Program-made: the position numbers and the translations under genes | In this document: piece by piece, positions 26,570-39,525 of the stretch | How positions within the stretch are numbered: position 1 is the first letter of the stretch | Layout: the number at the start of each line of letters is the position of its first letter | Source of the DNA: Squalus acanthias | Lineage: Eukaryota | Direction: 5' to 3' | Length of the DNA: 64,000 bases | Assembly (NCBI GenBank): GCA_030390025.1 | Contig: CM059431.1 | Span: 113,956,001 to 114,020,000 of the forward strand | The notes under the pieces: generated by a model | Told to the model about the DNA's origin: nothing | The model's database searches: none | The model's input: only the letters and a program-made list of their open reading frames with translations

Positions 26570-26668
26570 GAGAGTGGGATTAGTTGGAGAGCTCTACCAA
26601 AGAGCCAGCACAGGCACGATGGGCCAAATGGCCTCCTTCTGTGCTCTATTATTCTAGGATTCTATGAT
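26570..26668 (+). mobile_element. Short CR1-type 3' tail
   Basis: AAAGAGCCAGCACAGGCACGATGGGCCAAATGGCCTCCTTCTGTGCT plus ATTCTA repeats. Reverse match to 22545-22620. Confidence 0.65.
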
Positions 26669-26980
26669 GAATCGTCAAGGACAGTCTGTTTTTAATTGCA
26701 ATATTCAGTCCACCAGCCTCCTTGGTTACACCTCTTTTGTTCAGCTAGAGTGACCAATGTAATAGTAAACCTCTGTCCCTTTTCTGTGTGCTGCCTGTGA
26801 GTAGCAGATGGGCAAAGAAATATTACTACAGCATACTCAGGTCACTCATGTTAAAAATGGCAGTCCTGGTGAAATAGTAATAATATCTGTTTAATTAAAT
26901 GTTTCCTTTATTGTCAATGTTTAGTTGGCAGAGCACTGGTAGTAAACTCACAGCAAGACAAAATTTCCTCTGTATAATAT

Positions 26981-27688
26981 GGCTTGGAATTTCCTAGAAA
27001 GTTTTGGAATAATTATGGCGTAAGAGTAGCATTACACTGTTACATTTCGGGGGAATTTCGCGTGTAACTGATTGACGCCGGTTTCACGTTGACACCGTTA
27101 CGTGCAGATTTCCTTGGTCGTTTGCGCCACTTCCAAGTTACATCTGCCATGCAAAAGACCAGCTAATGTGAGTTTCCTGAATTTACATGAATACTGGCGT
27201 GGATTTACCCACAAAAGTTTAGGTGCAGCCCGGCCTGGAGTCACCATGATATCGGCATGTGAAATTTCTGGGGCTCGATAGCGATTTTCTAAGCATTTTT
27301 TTTAATTTGTCTTACTTCAGCATAGTATAGTCGGTCTCGGTGGACCTGAAACTTGTCGGATCACCGCAACTCCTTCCACGCATAAGGACTAAGCAACTGG
27401 AATGCCGTCCTCAATGGGCATACATACCCCTGGACTGAATAATAATGGAAGAGGAAGAAGAGTAGCAGAGGCAAGAGGCTCTGAGAGTGAGGCGCCATGG
27501 CAGAAGACAGCAGGCCCCCTCGCTATTACCCCTATTAGTGGCACTGCATTTGCATTTGTTTTAGACTGATTTTAGGCAAGAGCAAATGAGCGCCACAGGA
27601 AATTTTGGGGTAAGTTCCCATCAGCGCAGAAACTGGTGTAAATTTTGACATAACATCTGCGTAAGTGCGATCCAGGAAATTTGGGGCC
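26981..27688. mobile_element. Older Harbinger-type non-autonomous element
   Basis: Ends GGCTTGGAATTTCCT and AGGAAATTTGGGGCC with semi-palindromic subterminals. No target duplication is resolved. Confidence 0.55.
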
Positions 27689-30639
27689 AGCACCTCGTTT
27701 AATTACATCCCCCTGCTGGCGGATCGCAAAATGGTCCTAAGGGTGGCCATTGCAGATGTCCACGGTCTAGAGCATCTGGTCCGTCAGTGAAGCAGGCGCT
27801 TGGGCATGTTGCACAATGAGAAACAAATTGGAGGGACAATATCAATCGTAAAAGTGAATTTTGTATTGTTCACCAAGTCAGTTGCAGCCTGCCTTCTGTA
27901 ACCCTATGGCATTCCTACAGTAGAAGTAATGGTTATTAAAGATGAAGCTGTGAAGCTCAGTTCTCAGAGGGGTAGTGCACTTCTGTCAACCTACATCAGC
28001 TTTGTTTAAAAATAACCACTTACAAAAAAAAAATCTAAGTTACGCAACTTTCACGTTTCATGATAACTATTCTGTGTGTTGGCATCAAATGATTCCGTAG
28101 CATTTAAATAATTAAAAATAATGTGAAGGCACTTTCTGTGAAGACTAATGCGCATTGAAAAGCTTTTGTTGTATAGATATTTGATTAAATGGCAATTCTG
28201 GACTGTATCTAAAGTCGCTTTATAACAAAGGACTGAGTTAATTTAGAGAACAGGAAAAACTGCATCGCATTTTCATTAGGTGCTGATTTATAAAACACAT
28301 TTGCAGCAACTTTCGAATAAATTTTAAAATTAAAGGCTGTCTTGCAGCAGAAGAGGTGCACAGTTATGGGATTATGTTGGATAATGCCTCAAACTAACTA
28401 TGAGTTGGACAAGACTCACAAATAATAATCAGATCTCTTTTCCTCAAGTTTATTTAAGTCTGCAAGGCATTTGAAGTGCTGATCTGACTGGCGGGTGGCA
28501 GGAGTACAATATCACTGTCATTGGATCTAGAAAGTGATATTTCGATACCTGAATGCACTGGGAGGATGTTAATGAAGGTGCTTAATGCTGTCATTGGCAG
28601 TAAGACAATCCAGGGCAGAAAGAGAAACAGAACTCGGATGTGGCTTGCAGTGTGGTTTATAATATTCAATTTAAAAAAAAAACTCAGGCCTCCAGAGGGG
28701 CTAGTCAGAAAAACTGTAGACAGATGCTATGAACCCTGGAGTCCACTGCAAATGCACTCAGGTCAGGCAGGAAGGTTAGAGCCACATTGCTGTATAGAAA
28801 TGAACAGAGAAGTACTTTGGACTTTTATGACCTCAACAGGAAATATGTAGATTATTTCCCTTTAAAATCACAAGCTTTGATTATACTTCGAGAGCATTAA
28901 TGTTCTCTGAAATAAAATGGCACTTACCCTTTTTTGAAATAACATTTTGATTTCTAAATACTGTTTATGCAGTAAATGATTCTTATAAGGACTGATTTTT
29001 AAGAAATGCATTGGTTAAATCAGCTGCAACTAATGCTTTCCACCTGCTAGTAAGTCAAACATTTTTCTGAAAATTAAGAGCATGCAATATTATATTGTTT
29101 GCATATCAAATTTATGTGATTAAATCATTAATGTTACAAGATAATTGAAAGAATTAGAGCAAATATCCAATCTCACGTAGGAAACTAGACTCAGCTGCAT
29201 GCTGATGCAATGTCCGTTATTGGCTTAATGTAAGCTATGACCAATAGCATCAAATTAAAATAAACAGGCTGCATATCTTAATATACCAGTTGCTATTGCA
29301 TATCGCAGGCAGCTTACAACAATTAGGTGAAACATGTAAGGCACTGAATGTTGGTACCTGCTAGTTAAATATATATCCACTGCAGTTACCATGCTGGTCA
29401 TAAAAAATGCAGATAGTAAAAAAGGTTAAACCTTTTGTTAGACAAATGTGCTTTACTTTGCAATAGCTATGAATTGAAGTTTTATTCAGTCTGTGTAATT
29501 CCACTTCATGTTGCTGTCACTCTCTACATAGCTTTCCATGAAATCACCTTTCATTTGGAGAAACGATTCTTTGGAGCTTTTAGATTGTGGCAGTCACTTT
29601 AATTACAAGTCCCTGACATGGGCACACTGTGAAAAAAGGCATATTGAAATGTGATTAACATTATTTTTATTGCAGAATCTTATTTTTTTCCACTGTATTG
29701 ATTTTTGTTATGAATATTATTATATAAGATGTGCTAGAAGTGAAACACTGAGTGAAGGAATAGGTAAGAATTTTGATTATGTTTGTTTAGTAGCTTCCCA
29801 CTTGAGGGACTGAAACCCCGTCAGCCACCTTCATGAGTGCTGATGTTCTCGGATAACCTTTTCAGGATGGTGGTGGCATTTGTTTGCTGGCATTATATAC
29901 AAAAATGGAGCTGGCAAATTGGAAATGATAATTAGAGGGCTAAAGTGTATTGTGTTATATAAGCCCCTAAAGCTCACATCCAGAGTCTCTGTGTAATAAA
30001 AATAACCTACATACAGTTACTACATCTAACAATAGGACTACAACTGTAAGGGTTACATTATTTTCTCATGGATTTCCAACATTATCTGATAAGATGGAAA
30101 GGGATCATTTCAAATTAACCTCTTAAGGAATGCAATGCAATTTCCATCTTCTCGCGGGAAATCAGAAATATCAAAAATGAACATCGTCTATTTTGTTTCT
30201 GCACTTATACTAATCACTGGTGATCACTATTTTGAAAGGAACAGGGACAGCTGACAGTGTAAATTAAATGTTTTAAAACAAGAACAAGATAGCACAATTA
30301 ATGAAACAGGAATATTTTGAAGTCTGAAAATGTCACACGACACTCACAGACTTAGGCCGCGATTTTGCCTACCTGGGCGGCTCCAAGGCGGGCGAGGTCG
30401 GCGGGGGGCGGGGGGGCGACCCCGCTGCTGTGTGGATCCCGTCCATAAATCGAATCTTGCCCTAATAGGCCTTGTTAGTCCCGCCCTACGCGTTTCCCGG
30501 CCCTATTAAAGGGTGCGGGTCTGGTGACATCACCGGATGACGCGATTATTGCCGATTTATTTAAAGGGGCCATGGCCCCAGTTACTGTCAGTTGCAAATT
30601 GATAGCATTCAGTGCTGTCATTGTTTGAGTCTCTGCACT

Positions 30640-32546
30640 ATGAGCTTGCAGCACCAATGAGCAGCACCTCGCTTCACAGATGAGTCCCTCCATCATCTTG
30701 TGGAGGGAGAGAGAGCACGTAGGGAGATTCTCTTCCCTGCGGACGGCAGGAAGAGGCCTCCCCAGCAGACGAAGGCAGCGTGGCTGCAGATATCGCAGGA
30801 GGTAACAGGGCTGTCAGTGGTGGTTCGCACCTGGGTGCAGTGCCGCAGGAGGTTCAATGATCTAGTAAGATCAGGAAAAGTGAGTATTAAGCCACAATTA
30901 CCTTGATGCTGCTGTGCGTCTCATCACATTCGCACCACTCTACATTGCCACCCCTACTCCTGCACAATGCTACACAGCTCAACATCCCTTGTACCTTCAT
31001 CCATCCCGCTAACTCTATCTACATTATCAGGTTGTCATCTTACTATGCAGCCCTCACACTGAGCCTCATCGTTATGCAATTACAGCAACTAACTTGGTAT
31101 TGCCAACCACCTCCATCAAATTGTCAGTGTAAAGCTCTATGCCATTCCATTCCTTACACTCATACCATCACTCTCACTGAACCTTCTCTTCTTTCCCTCC
31201 TTGCAGGAAAAGATAGCCCACAATAAGAGGGAAAGGGCGAGAACGGGAGGAGGGCCTCCACAAACCATGTCATATCTGGCGAGTGCAGAGGAGGCAGCAC
31301 TGGAGATTGCTGGAGTGGTGGACGTTCCGCAAGTGGGGGACGGAGAGAGGGGCTCAGTAGAAGAAGCTGGTGACAGAATAAATTTCCATACAATTGCATG
31401 CCTTTCATCATTGCCTCATATGGGGTGTGATGTCAAGACAAGATGAATGCTCATCATGTGGATAATGGTGTCTGCAGTAGACATCCTGTATATCTAACTG
31501 ATGTCTTCACTCTCCCACAGGTCCATCAAGAGCTCCCCCAATGTCCAGGAGCAACAACAAGACTCCTCAGAGGAGCCTCCTGCCTCTGAAGGTGCAGCAT
31601 CAACTCAGACAACACAACCCAGCACCAGCGCAGAGTCGCACACCTCGGTGGGTATGTCACGAGATAGTGTTGTCACCTGGCGTCTCACAGATCACAACTG
31701 AAGCAGCAGCAGATGGTGGAGACATTGACAGCAGTGGAGACTCCTCATCGGAGGGCGCAGGAGTCTCCTAGCTCTGCTCAGCTGCATGCAGACGCTGAGC
31801 CTCAGGGGCCATCCAGGAAGAGGGCAATCCTGGAGCTGCAGGAACAAGTGCAGGAGGCTCTGACTGGTTTTGCGACCATGGTGACTGCGAGTGTGCAGAG
31901 AATGGAGGAGTCCATCTCCAGCATGAGCAGCACCGTGGCACAGTCACTGGCATCTATAGCTTCCTCCATGGATAGGATGGCCACCTGCATGGAGGAGACA
32001 CGGCACCAGTCACATGAGAACATGTTTTCTCTTCAAAATAGATGCTCATCTATGGAGGAGAGATGGGGAAAAATGGAGGAGAGATGGGCATCTATGGAGG
32101 AGAGAAACCAGAGGCTCATTGACGTCCTTTGTAGGAGGGATGTCAGTATAGAGGTGGGCCCTCATGGCCCCACTGAAGTGCAGCAAGGTGCTCTCCAGCT
32201 ACTTGCTAGCAGGGAAGTGCTGGTGGCCCATGAGAGGGATGATGGTGAGAGGGGACATGGAAGTGGGGGCTCCGCTCCAAGCGCACTGACTTCCACCCCC
32301 TTGCCAACCCCTCGGTCAGAGCCCCAGATGCCTCCCTGGACAGTGATGGCCGATTCTGCGCATGCACAGTCGCAGGGGGAGCAGACTTTGGCGGAGCCAT
32401 CAGTGGCTTCAAAACCCAGAGGACGATCGCCAAAGGTATTTAAGCAGGTGCAGCATGGAGATGAGGAGGCTGCCTCTACCTCTGCTGAAGCCGCAGGGGT
32501 AGCACGACGTAGAAGCACCAGGAAAAGGAAGATACCACACAAATAG
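30640..32546 (+). pseudogene. Harbinger Myb/SANT-like DNA-binding gene, 3 exons (30640-30879, 31207-31369, 31521-32546), disrupted
   Basis: Exon 1 reads MSLQHQ*AAPRFTDESL...AAWLQISQEV...RTWVQCRRRFNDLVRSGK|gtgagt (trihelix Myb/SANT). Exon 2 is ttgcag|EKIAHNKRERARTGGGPP. Exon 3 has a coiled coil and a basic tail RRSTRKRK. There is an in-frame TGA at 30658-30660 and apparent frame switches at 31520-31713. AATAAA lies at about 32616. Confidence 0.85.
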
Positions 32547-32898
32547 TCACAAAGGTAGTCACTCGGGTGTGTCTTTCTTCATCAATGTCATGTTAGTATT
32601 CTATGAAGTGCTGTTAATAAATCATCTAATTGTCACACTTGGAGGTCCTTGGCAAATTTGTGTGATGAAATGGAAGTGGCAGAGTGAAGGGTCAGGGCCC
32701 ATTTCACACCCAGCAATGATGGTGAGAGTCAAAACAAGGGACGAATCATTGTTTGACTGCTGAATGGTGTTGGTGTTGGGTGATGCAAACCTGCATACGC
32801 GGGTGGCAGCCACATGTATGAACTGCATGAAGTTACTGAAATCTGCCATTGATAAGGGTATCCCTGACGTGACGGGCAGCAACGTGCTCACGTACTGG

Positions 32899-34092
32899 TC
32901 ACAATGGGACCACCAGTTCATCCAGGTGTTCCTCATCCTCATCACCAACTTCATGGTGAGCCTCCTCGTCCTCATCTTCCTCGTCCTCCAATGAGGCAGT
33001 GCGCTCAGCAGCATCTTCCTCATCCAGTACTAATCCTCGCTGCTGCGCTATGTTGTGCAGGGCGCAGCAGATGACGACTATTCGCGAGACCCTAGCTGGT
33101 GCATACTGAAGGGCTCCTCCAGATCTGTCGAGGCATCTGAAGCGCATTTTGAGCAAACCTATTGTCCGCTCGATGACACTTCTCGTGGAGATGTGGCTTT
33201 GATTATAACATCCCTCAGGCTCATTTGTTGGCCTCCTCAAAGGTGTCATGAGCCACATCTTCAGGGGATAGCCCTTGTCTCCAAGCTGCCAGCCGGCAAG
33301 ACTGTTTGGCGGTGTGAAGAGCTGAGAGACAGTGGAATGGCGCAGGATATACGAGTCATGGCAGCTGCCAGAGAACTTGGCGGACACATGGATGACAAGC
33401 TTCCTATGGTTGCAGACTAGCTGAACGTTGAGGGAGGGGAAGCCCTTGCGGTTCACAAATGCTACTGGGTTGTGATGGGGTGCCCTGATGGCGACATGTG
33501 TGCAGTCAATGACTCCCTGCACCCGTGGGAAGCCAGCTAGAGTGGCAAAGCCAAGCGCACATTCATTGACACTGGCTTCATCAGTGGCAAAATGAATATA
33601 ATTTGCAGACTTGTTAAAGAGGGCATGGGTTACCTGTGCGATGCATCTGTGTGCGGCCGACTGCGAGATGCCGCAAAGATCTGTTGTAGATGCCTGGAAG
33701 GAGCCTGAGGTGAAGAAGTTGAGGGCAAGGGTGAGTTTGACAGCCACTGGTAAGGAGTGTCCACCCCTTCCTCTGGGCTGCAGGTCTTGCTCCAGTAAAG
33801 TGCAAATGTCAGCGATGACCTGGCGCGATAGCCTGAGCCTCCTTTGGCACTGCTGCTCCGTCATGTTGAGGAAGCTCATCCTCTGCCTGTATACCCTGTG
33901 TTGGGGGCATGAGCTCTGACGCGGTGCAGCCCTGCGCTGATGCCCTATGCCCTGTGCAGCATCAGGTGGTTGAGGAGAAGGTTGGCGCTCTTGTTGTTGC
34001 TGCTGGTGGTGGTGTGGCTGGGTCTGCTGCTGCTGCGGCTGATCGTCATCAGATTCAAAGGACCAAGGTGGCAGAGCATAAATCATGCCCAT
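32899..34092 (-). CDS. Harbinger (HARBI1-like) DDE transposase, 397 aa, probably truncated by a premature stop (ancestral end at 32833)
   Basis: HTH-like region ([14 protein letters not shown]) and catalytic motifs [16 protein letters not shown] and [16 protein letters not shown], plus [23 protein letters not shown] and CCALHN. Past the TGA at 32901-32899 the frame continues PVREHVAARHVRDTLINGRFQ* to 32833. Confidence 0.92.
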   Translation of the reverse strand: MGMIYALPPWSFESDDDQPQQQQTQPHHHQQQQQERQPSPQPPDAAQGIGHQRRAAPRQSSCPQHRVYRQRMSFLNMTEQQCQRRLRLSRQVIADICTLLEQDLQPRGRGGHSLPVAVKLTLALNFFTSGSFQASTTDLCGISQSAAHRCIAQVTHALFNKSANYIHFATDEASVNECALGFATLAGFPRVQGVIDCTHVAIRAPHHNPVAFVNRKGFPSLNVQLVCNHRKLVIHVSAKFSGSCHDSYILRHSTVSQLFTPPNSLAGWQLGDKGYPLKMWLMTPLRRPTNEPEGCYNQSHISTRSVIERTIGLLKMRFRCLDRSGGALQYAPARVSRIVVICCALHNIAQQRGLVLDEEDAAERTASLEDEEDEDEEAHHEVGDEDEEHLDELVVPL

Positions 34093-36199
34093 TCTGATGA
34101 TTCATATGGCAGGTGAAGTTCAGATGACAGAACCAATCTATCAAAGGTTAGATATGATGTTGCAAGGAGGTGACAGTGAATAGAGAGTTTACTGCAAACA
34201 CTTCACAAATGCATAAATCTGTTCCAAATACTCAAGCCTGACGCTTCAGAGAGTGGAAAGTGACCAGCTGTAAAATGGCAGGTTTTAAACCGCTTTTGCA
34301 GCTGTCACCTATTGAAAGAAATGGAGAGCGATGGGAACCTCATGGAAAACTTGGGAAAATACTTTGCGCCTGCTAAAATGGTGAGTAAATTGGTTTAAAC
34401 ACCCTCTCAACTAGCACAATGGAATGACCCGCCACTTAGTGCTGTGTCTGCAAAGCGCAGGCAGAACTGGCACTAGGGAAACTTCAAAGGAGGCGGGTTC
34501 AGAGCGGCATACCGCCCCGCTGTCAATCATTTGGATTTTGACAGCAGACCCGCCTCCGAACCCGCCCTCTTAGCGCCACCAAAATTCAGCCCTTAGTGTG
34601 CCTGCAGTCAAATAGCTCGCCACACTGTGTAGTCAATCCTTTGATAAATCAATTTTGCTTCCCCTTTAATATAATAATTCTGATTAGTACTGATATCATC
34701 TAGTTTACTTTAGTCCTGTGCCCATGTAAAAGTTATTCAAATATAATGACCTGCAAGAATGTAATACACTAAATAAGGAATCAGTACCGTGCAAAAAAAC
34801 CCTTCTTGCATAAGCTCCATTTATTTCTGCTGAGTAAAAATGTAATAAATGTAATACCACCATAAAAGTGGTAACATTTATATTTATTTAGCTACCCCAT
34901 TGCTTTGAAGTGTTGATTCAGTTTAATTATTAAACCACGAAGGTATTTCTTGACTGCTGCATCACTCCCAGCACCAAGATTTATCAAATCAACAACATTC
35001 ATTAAATGTTCAAAGAGGAATCAGTTGACCACAAAAAAATTCTCAAATAGGCTCATTAGTGCAAAAATGTTTTTTGAACCTGATACTAAGCCAGCAGTAT
35101 ATGATTATGAGCAGGGCTTTCACACAGCAGAGAGAGAGAGTGTCACCTTTCTGACCACCTTCTTTCCTCTCTTCTGTATCTCCTCATAAAATATTTACTG
35201 TTGATTCTGAATGACCATCCTCATTATCCTTAGAATTCCTTTCAGATTCCCCAATGATGTCATGGAAATGTTAGACCCATTATGTTAAGGTAAAACTACC
35301 ATCTACAGTGACCCCCACCCCCATCATGGCATCTTCTGGGGACAACATATGAATTTCATCACGAGACACAATTGAAATATATAGCCCATGAGCTGCTTAC
35401 CAAGAACAGCATAAAAACTTACACTGTATATTGAATCTATAATATTAAATGCAGTATGAATCAGAGTTCTACAAAATTGTAATTTTCAGATTTTGATGTG
35501 AGGGCGTGCACTCAAATAAAACTAATGTCTTCCTCTGAAATCATTCCTTGAATTTTTTATAATTAGTAAAATTATCACTGCTTGCTTACCTATGTATGTA
35601 TGTCACGGTAATTCTTCCATCTATTACATCTCATTAAAACTGTCAGATTAGTAGAAGAAAGCGGTGGATTCTGGCCCAATGTATTGTATGCAAATGCTGG
35701 CCTCGTACCAGCAAAGAAGTGTATCCATTATAGCAGCACATGACCAGGGTAATGGAAAAATATGCAGCTTGCTTTTGGAGTTTCCACTTTGAAACCAGTT
35801 TCAAGCTGCTCCAGGTTCTCTCAATCACAACTCTGCTGAAGCGCAAAGAGTGCATTATTTACACATGACCCAATTTCCAGTGCAATCAGGACTCTTAAAA
35901 CGTTCACAATGTTTGTGGATAAAGCTGCAAATTAAATGACATACACAAAACTGGAGGTGGAACGTGAAACATAAAAAATATCCCTATCAGTGGTCACAAA
36001 CTTACAAAGCAACTTGTTTAAAGTGGTGGTTTGATTATGCAGTGCACAAAAAATAGCTTTCCACTAAAAGAGGGCATGCAATAGCTTTTCTTTTTGTCAG
36101 GTGCCTAAATACCTTCACTGAACGATAGTGCACATGTAAATAGGACAATTGATATTTTTCTGGGAAAGCAATAAGGTTTATGAGCTATACATTAAAAAG

Positions 36200-36510
36200 T
36201 AATTTAGGGGGCCCTCCAGTGTTTATCCAGAGAGTAGCTGAGTCTGACAGGCCAGGAAGATCCCAATCCCATCCCTGCTCTGTGCCGAGTTCGCTCACCT
36301 CAGGCAGGGCATGGGATGATAGGATCACCGTGGGCTGGGCCGGGGAAACTTCCTGCTCCTGACTGCTATCTTTTGCGGAAAGTACATCTGTGAACATCAG
36401 GTGAGCATTCCCCATGAGTAATGGCTACTTGGGGAGGTACCAGAGGGTGATTGACACCCTTTAAACTGTACCCCAGCAAAGAATCAGCGCCTTCAGGAGG
36501 GAATAAAATA
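36200..36510 (+). repeat. Unclassified SINE-like repeat (related reverse copy at about 20083-20260)
   Basis: Shares CTGTGCCGAGTTCGCT and TTCCTGC(T/A)CCTG-type blocks with the reverse complement of 20083-20260, and has an A-rich end. Confidence 0.35.
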
Positions 36511-36961
36511 AGCGGTGTTAAAAAAGCGAATCAATACACTCACCGTAAATTGTTATAACATACAGCTGAAATAGCTATTAAGTCAAGATTGGCTTTAATA
36601 CAGTTTTTAGAAAGTGCTTTAAAACAATGTGGCAAAATAATTGTGCCAAGTCTTCCTGGAAAAATAACGACAAGTTCATGACACACACCGTTATTAATGC
36701 ATAAATCAGCCAGCAAGTTCAGGGGATGAAGAAATACGCAAATCTCCAGAACTTATTGGTCAGCATGTCACAAACAGAAGCGAACTTCCAACTGTCACCA
36801 GGATAAACTGGGAGGATACAATAAAAGAATCATTTTTTAAGTTATCGTAAGCAAGTAAAGGCTCTAATCTATTTTTTAGATCAGATTACACTTAGAAACC
36901 ATTCACCTGAATTTCTTCCCTATTAGATTACAGCCTTATAGCTCACTCCCAGGTATATATT

Positions 36962-37733
36962 GGCCTGGAATTTGCAGTCAGCGGCGAAGCAAAGGTGTTC
37001 GCCACTGGCCCCGAGGTACGCTTCGCACATGGATCTCGCGATCCCGGTGTCGAGAACTTCGGGTTTCCCGACATTCAATTAAAATCAAAGGAGGTTAATG
37101 GGGATCCCCTAGTGCGAGCTGCTGTGATGTCAACAAGCTGTCGAAGCAACCAATCAAAATGCAGAATTCTCACAGACAGTGAATAACAAAGTGACTAAGC
37201 TCTTAAAATTATAACTTTTTACAAATGTCACATGGGGAAAAGGCAAACCTCAAATAAAGATGAACAAATTTTAAAATTTTTTTACGTTTCTTAAAATGTT
37301 TTATTTTTATTAAAATGGACAAATTTCACACTGCACAAAATTAAAATGAGTTTTTCAGGCTCTTAACCTTTGTTTGGCAGTCAATACGCTGTTAAAACCC
37401 CAGTTACACCTAATCCTTTTGGGTCTAACTATCAGTGGGGAATTTAACAGCGTAATTACTGCGGAAGCGCCGAGGTTTTCATCAGTTTCCCTGATTTGGG
37501 TGATATACACAGATTGCCGGCACTGTTGTGGTGGTGATGGGGTGGTGGTGGGGCGGGGGGTGGGGGGGGGGCACAGCGCTGCCAGTGTCAGAGCTGTGAA
37601 TGACAGACCGCAACTTCAGGATTTCAGCATGCGCCTGCGCATACACCAAATCCCAAAGTTGCGGTCAGTTTCAAAGGTGGAATGACAGCAGACGCTGCCA
37701 GTTCGCCGTCATCCTGACCACAAATTCCAGGCC
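36962..37733. mobile_element. Harbinger-type MITE (772 bp)
   Basis: 20-bp near-perfect TIR (GGCCTGGAATTTGCAGTCAG versus GGCCTGGAATTTGTGGTCAG) and an exact ATT 3-bp duplication (36959-36961, 37734-37736). Confidence 0.85.
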
Positions 37734-39164
37734 ATTATTCTCCAGTTAAATGATGTGCTATACCATAACATAAGGCCTGTGGTTAAATCTCACCGGAACA
37801 TTTCAGCAAACCTTCAGTGTACTTTTGAGTTATTCAGAATGGTGAGAAATCAAGACAGGCTATTTCATCTTGCCAAAAATGCACCCTTTTATTCATTCCA
37901 GCTGATCACTAGTGTTCCTGATAAGCCAGAAAAAGGAGGAAATTATCTTAGCACAGAAAAGACTTCCCATATGTACAGTGAATGCCCAAATGTAAGCATG
38001 CTGTATAGGGCATCGCCAGAGTTTTACACTATCTTAGCCTGCTCCTGATAGTGTATTTTTAGAAAGATACATTCTGATTCCAGAGGTTGTAGAAGTTTTC
38101 AATCAATCGATGGTCCATAAACAACTAAACCAACCGCACAAACAGTCCCATTTTATTTATTTGTGTCATCTGTTGCCTAAGTTAAAAATAAGATGACTAT
38201 AAAACAATGAATCTACGGGTAAATTATTAATGTCCACAGCAATTATCACATCCTGCTGCTTTAAATGCTTTTACTGTAATGGCTTAATTAGAGTTCATAT
38301 CCTTAAAAAAACTGCTCACTATATTCTCAGCAGCATATCTCTCTGTTGCTGTATTGGATCTAAACTTGCATTGGCAAAGCAGGTTGATTTTTTTAATGAA
38401 ACTGTAGGGGCAGAGATACCTTGCTGTTGAAGCAGTGTAATAGGGACTGAAATCAATTTGAAGTTTTATATTTATTGTATTCATTTATTCTACATCGTAG
38501 AAAAGTGAAGCATTGAAAGTGTGCATCCACAGACACACAGGCAAAATAAAATAGTATTTGATTTGCTTTGGCAGGAATTGTATATGAGAGAAATGATAAA
38601 GTATTTTAACAATGAGAATATAATTATGCACTAATTACATCTGCTATAGATGACAACCCAAATAGTTATGCTAATTGATGCATTGATTACCAGGTTGGAA
38701 AGTAGATATCCTCTGGCAATGCAGCAGTGATAATAATAGGCAGTAGTCTTCACTGTGAGATCACACTGCATGTTCAAAGCAGCTTTGCTGAAAATGTCAA
38801 TATGAAGATGCAATTTAATATTGACTATAAATGTTTCATTTATGAATAATGATTTAATAAAATCTACAGCTCGAGATGTTTAGTTTATTGTATTGACTTC
38901 TTCTAATACCAATTGTTTTCATGGCAGTTAAAAATGCTTATTCTCTTATTACATAATCTGCCTGTCAGTGTATGTCACAAGCCATAAATGCACATAGAGT
39001 CTATCCAAGGACTATCACCTTCAGCAAGAGAGCTCATGTTATCATAAATATTTACTAATGTTTAGTATATTTAAAAAAGGAAACATATTTCCAGTCTCTT
39101 CTGCTCCATTCTGTTCAAGCCCCATTCCAGAACTTGAATAATAATAATAATAATATATGCACGT

Positions 39165-39525
39165 TATTTCAACTGACACTTCAGTGCAGTATGGAGGGAT
39201 TGAAGCATGTTTCGGATGAAGCATTAAACCGGGTCCCCCGTTCCCTATTATGGTGGTTCAAGTCTCTGTTAAAGATTTCATGGCACTATTTGAAGAAGAG
39301 CAGGGAGTCTTTCTGCTGTCCTGGCCAACAAACTTCTGTCAATCAACACCAACAAAATAAAAATAATAGTTAATCATCACACTGTTGTTTCTGGTACATT
39401 GCTGTGTGCAGTATGGCTGCCACATTTGCCTACATAGTAACAGTGATTGCACTTCCAAGCAACTCAATCTATATGAAGCATTTTAGGATATTTTCAAGAA
39501 AAGACACAATATAAATATAAGCTGT
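39165..39525 (+). mobile_element. Older SINE copy including the Deu-domain core
   Basis: CTGACACTTCAGTGCAGTA...TTTCGGATGA...TTAAACCG...CATGGCACTATTTGAAGAAGAGCAGGG...TCCTGGCCAA resembles the Deu domain. A degenerate version of the same 3' half follows. Confidence 0.6.

Larger units (their letters stand above)
30355..34592 (+). mobile_element. Full-length PIF/Harbinger DNA transposon (4238 bp) with two convergent genes
   Basis: TTA target-site duplication at 30352-30354 and 34593-34595. Imperfect TIRs are GGCCGCGATTTTG and CAAAATTCAGCCC. A Myb/SANT gene lies on + and a DDE transposase on -, the canonical Harbinger layout. Confidence 0.92.

Noticed and set aside
32899-34092. Calling the transposase the host gene HARBI1
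   Set aside because: It is intronless, lies between TIRs with a target duplication and a Myb partner, and has a diverged relative in the same window. It is a transposon copy rather than the domesticated gene.
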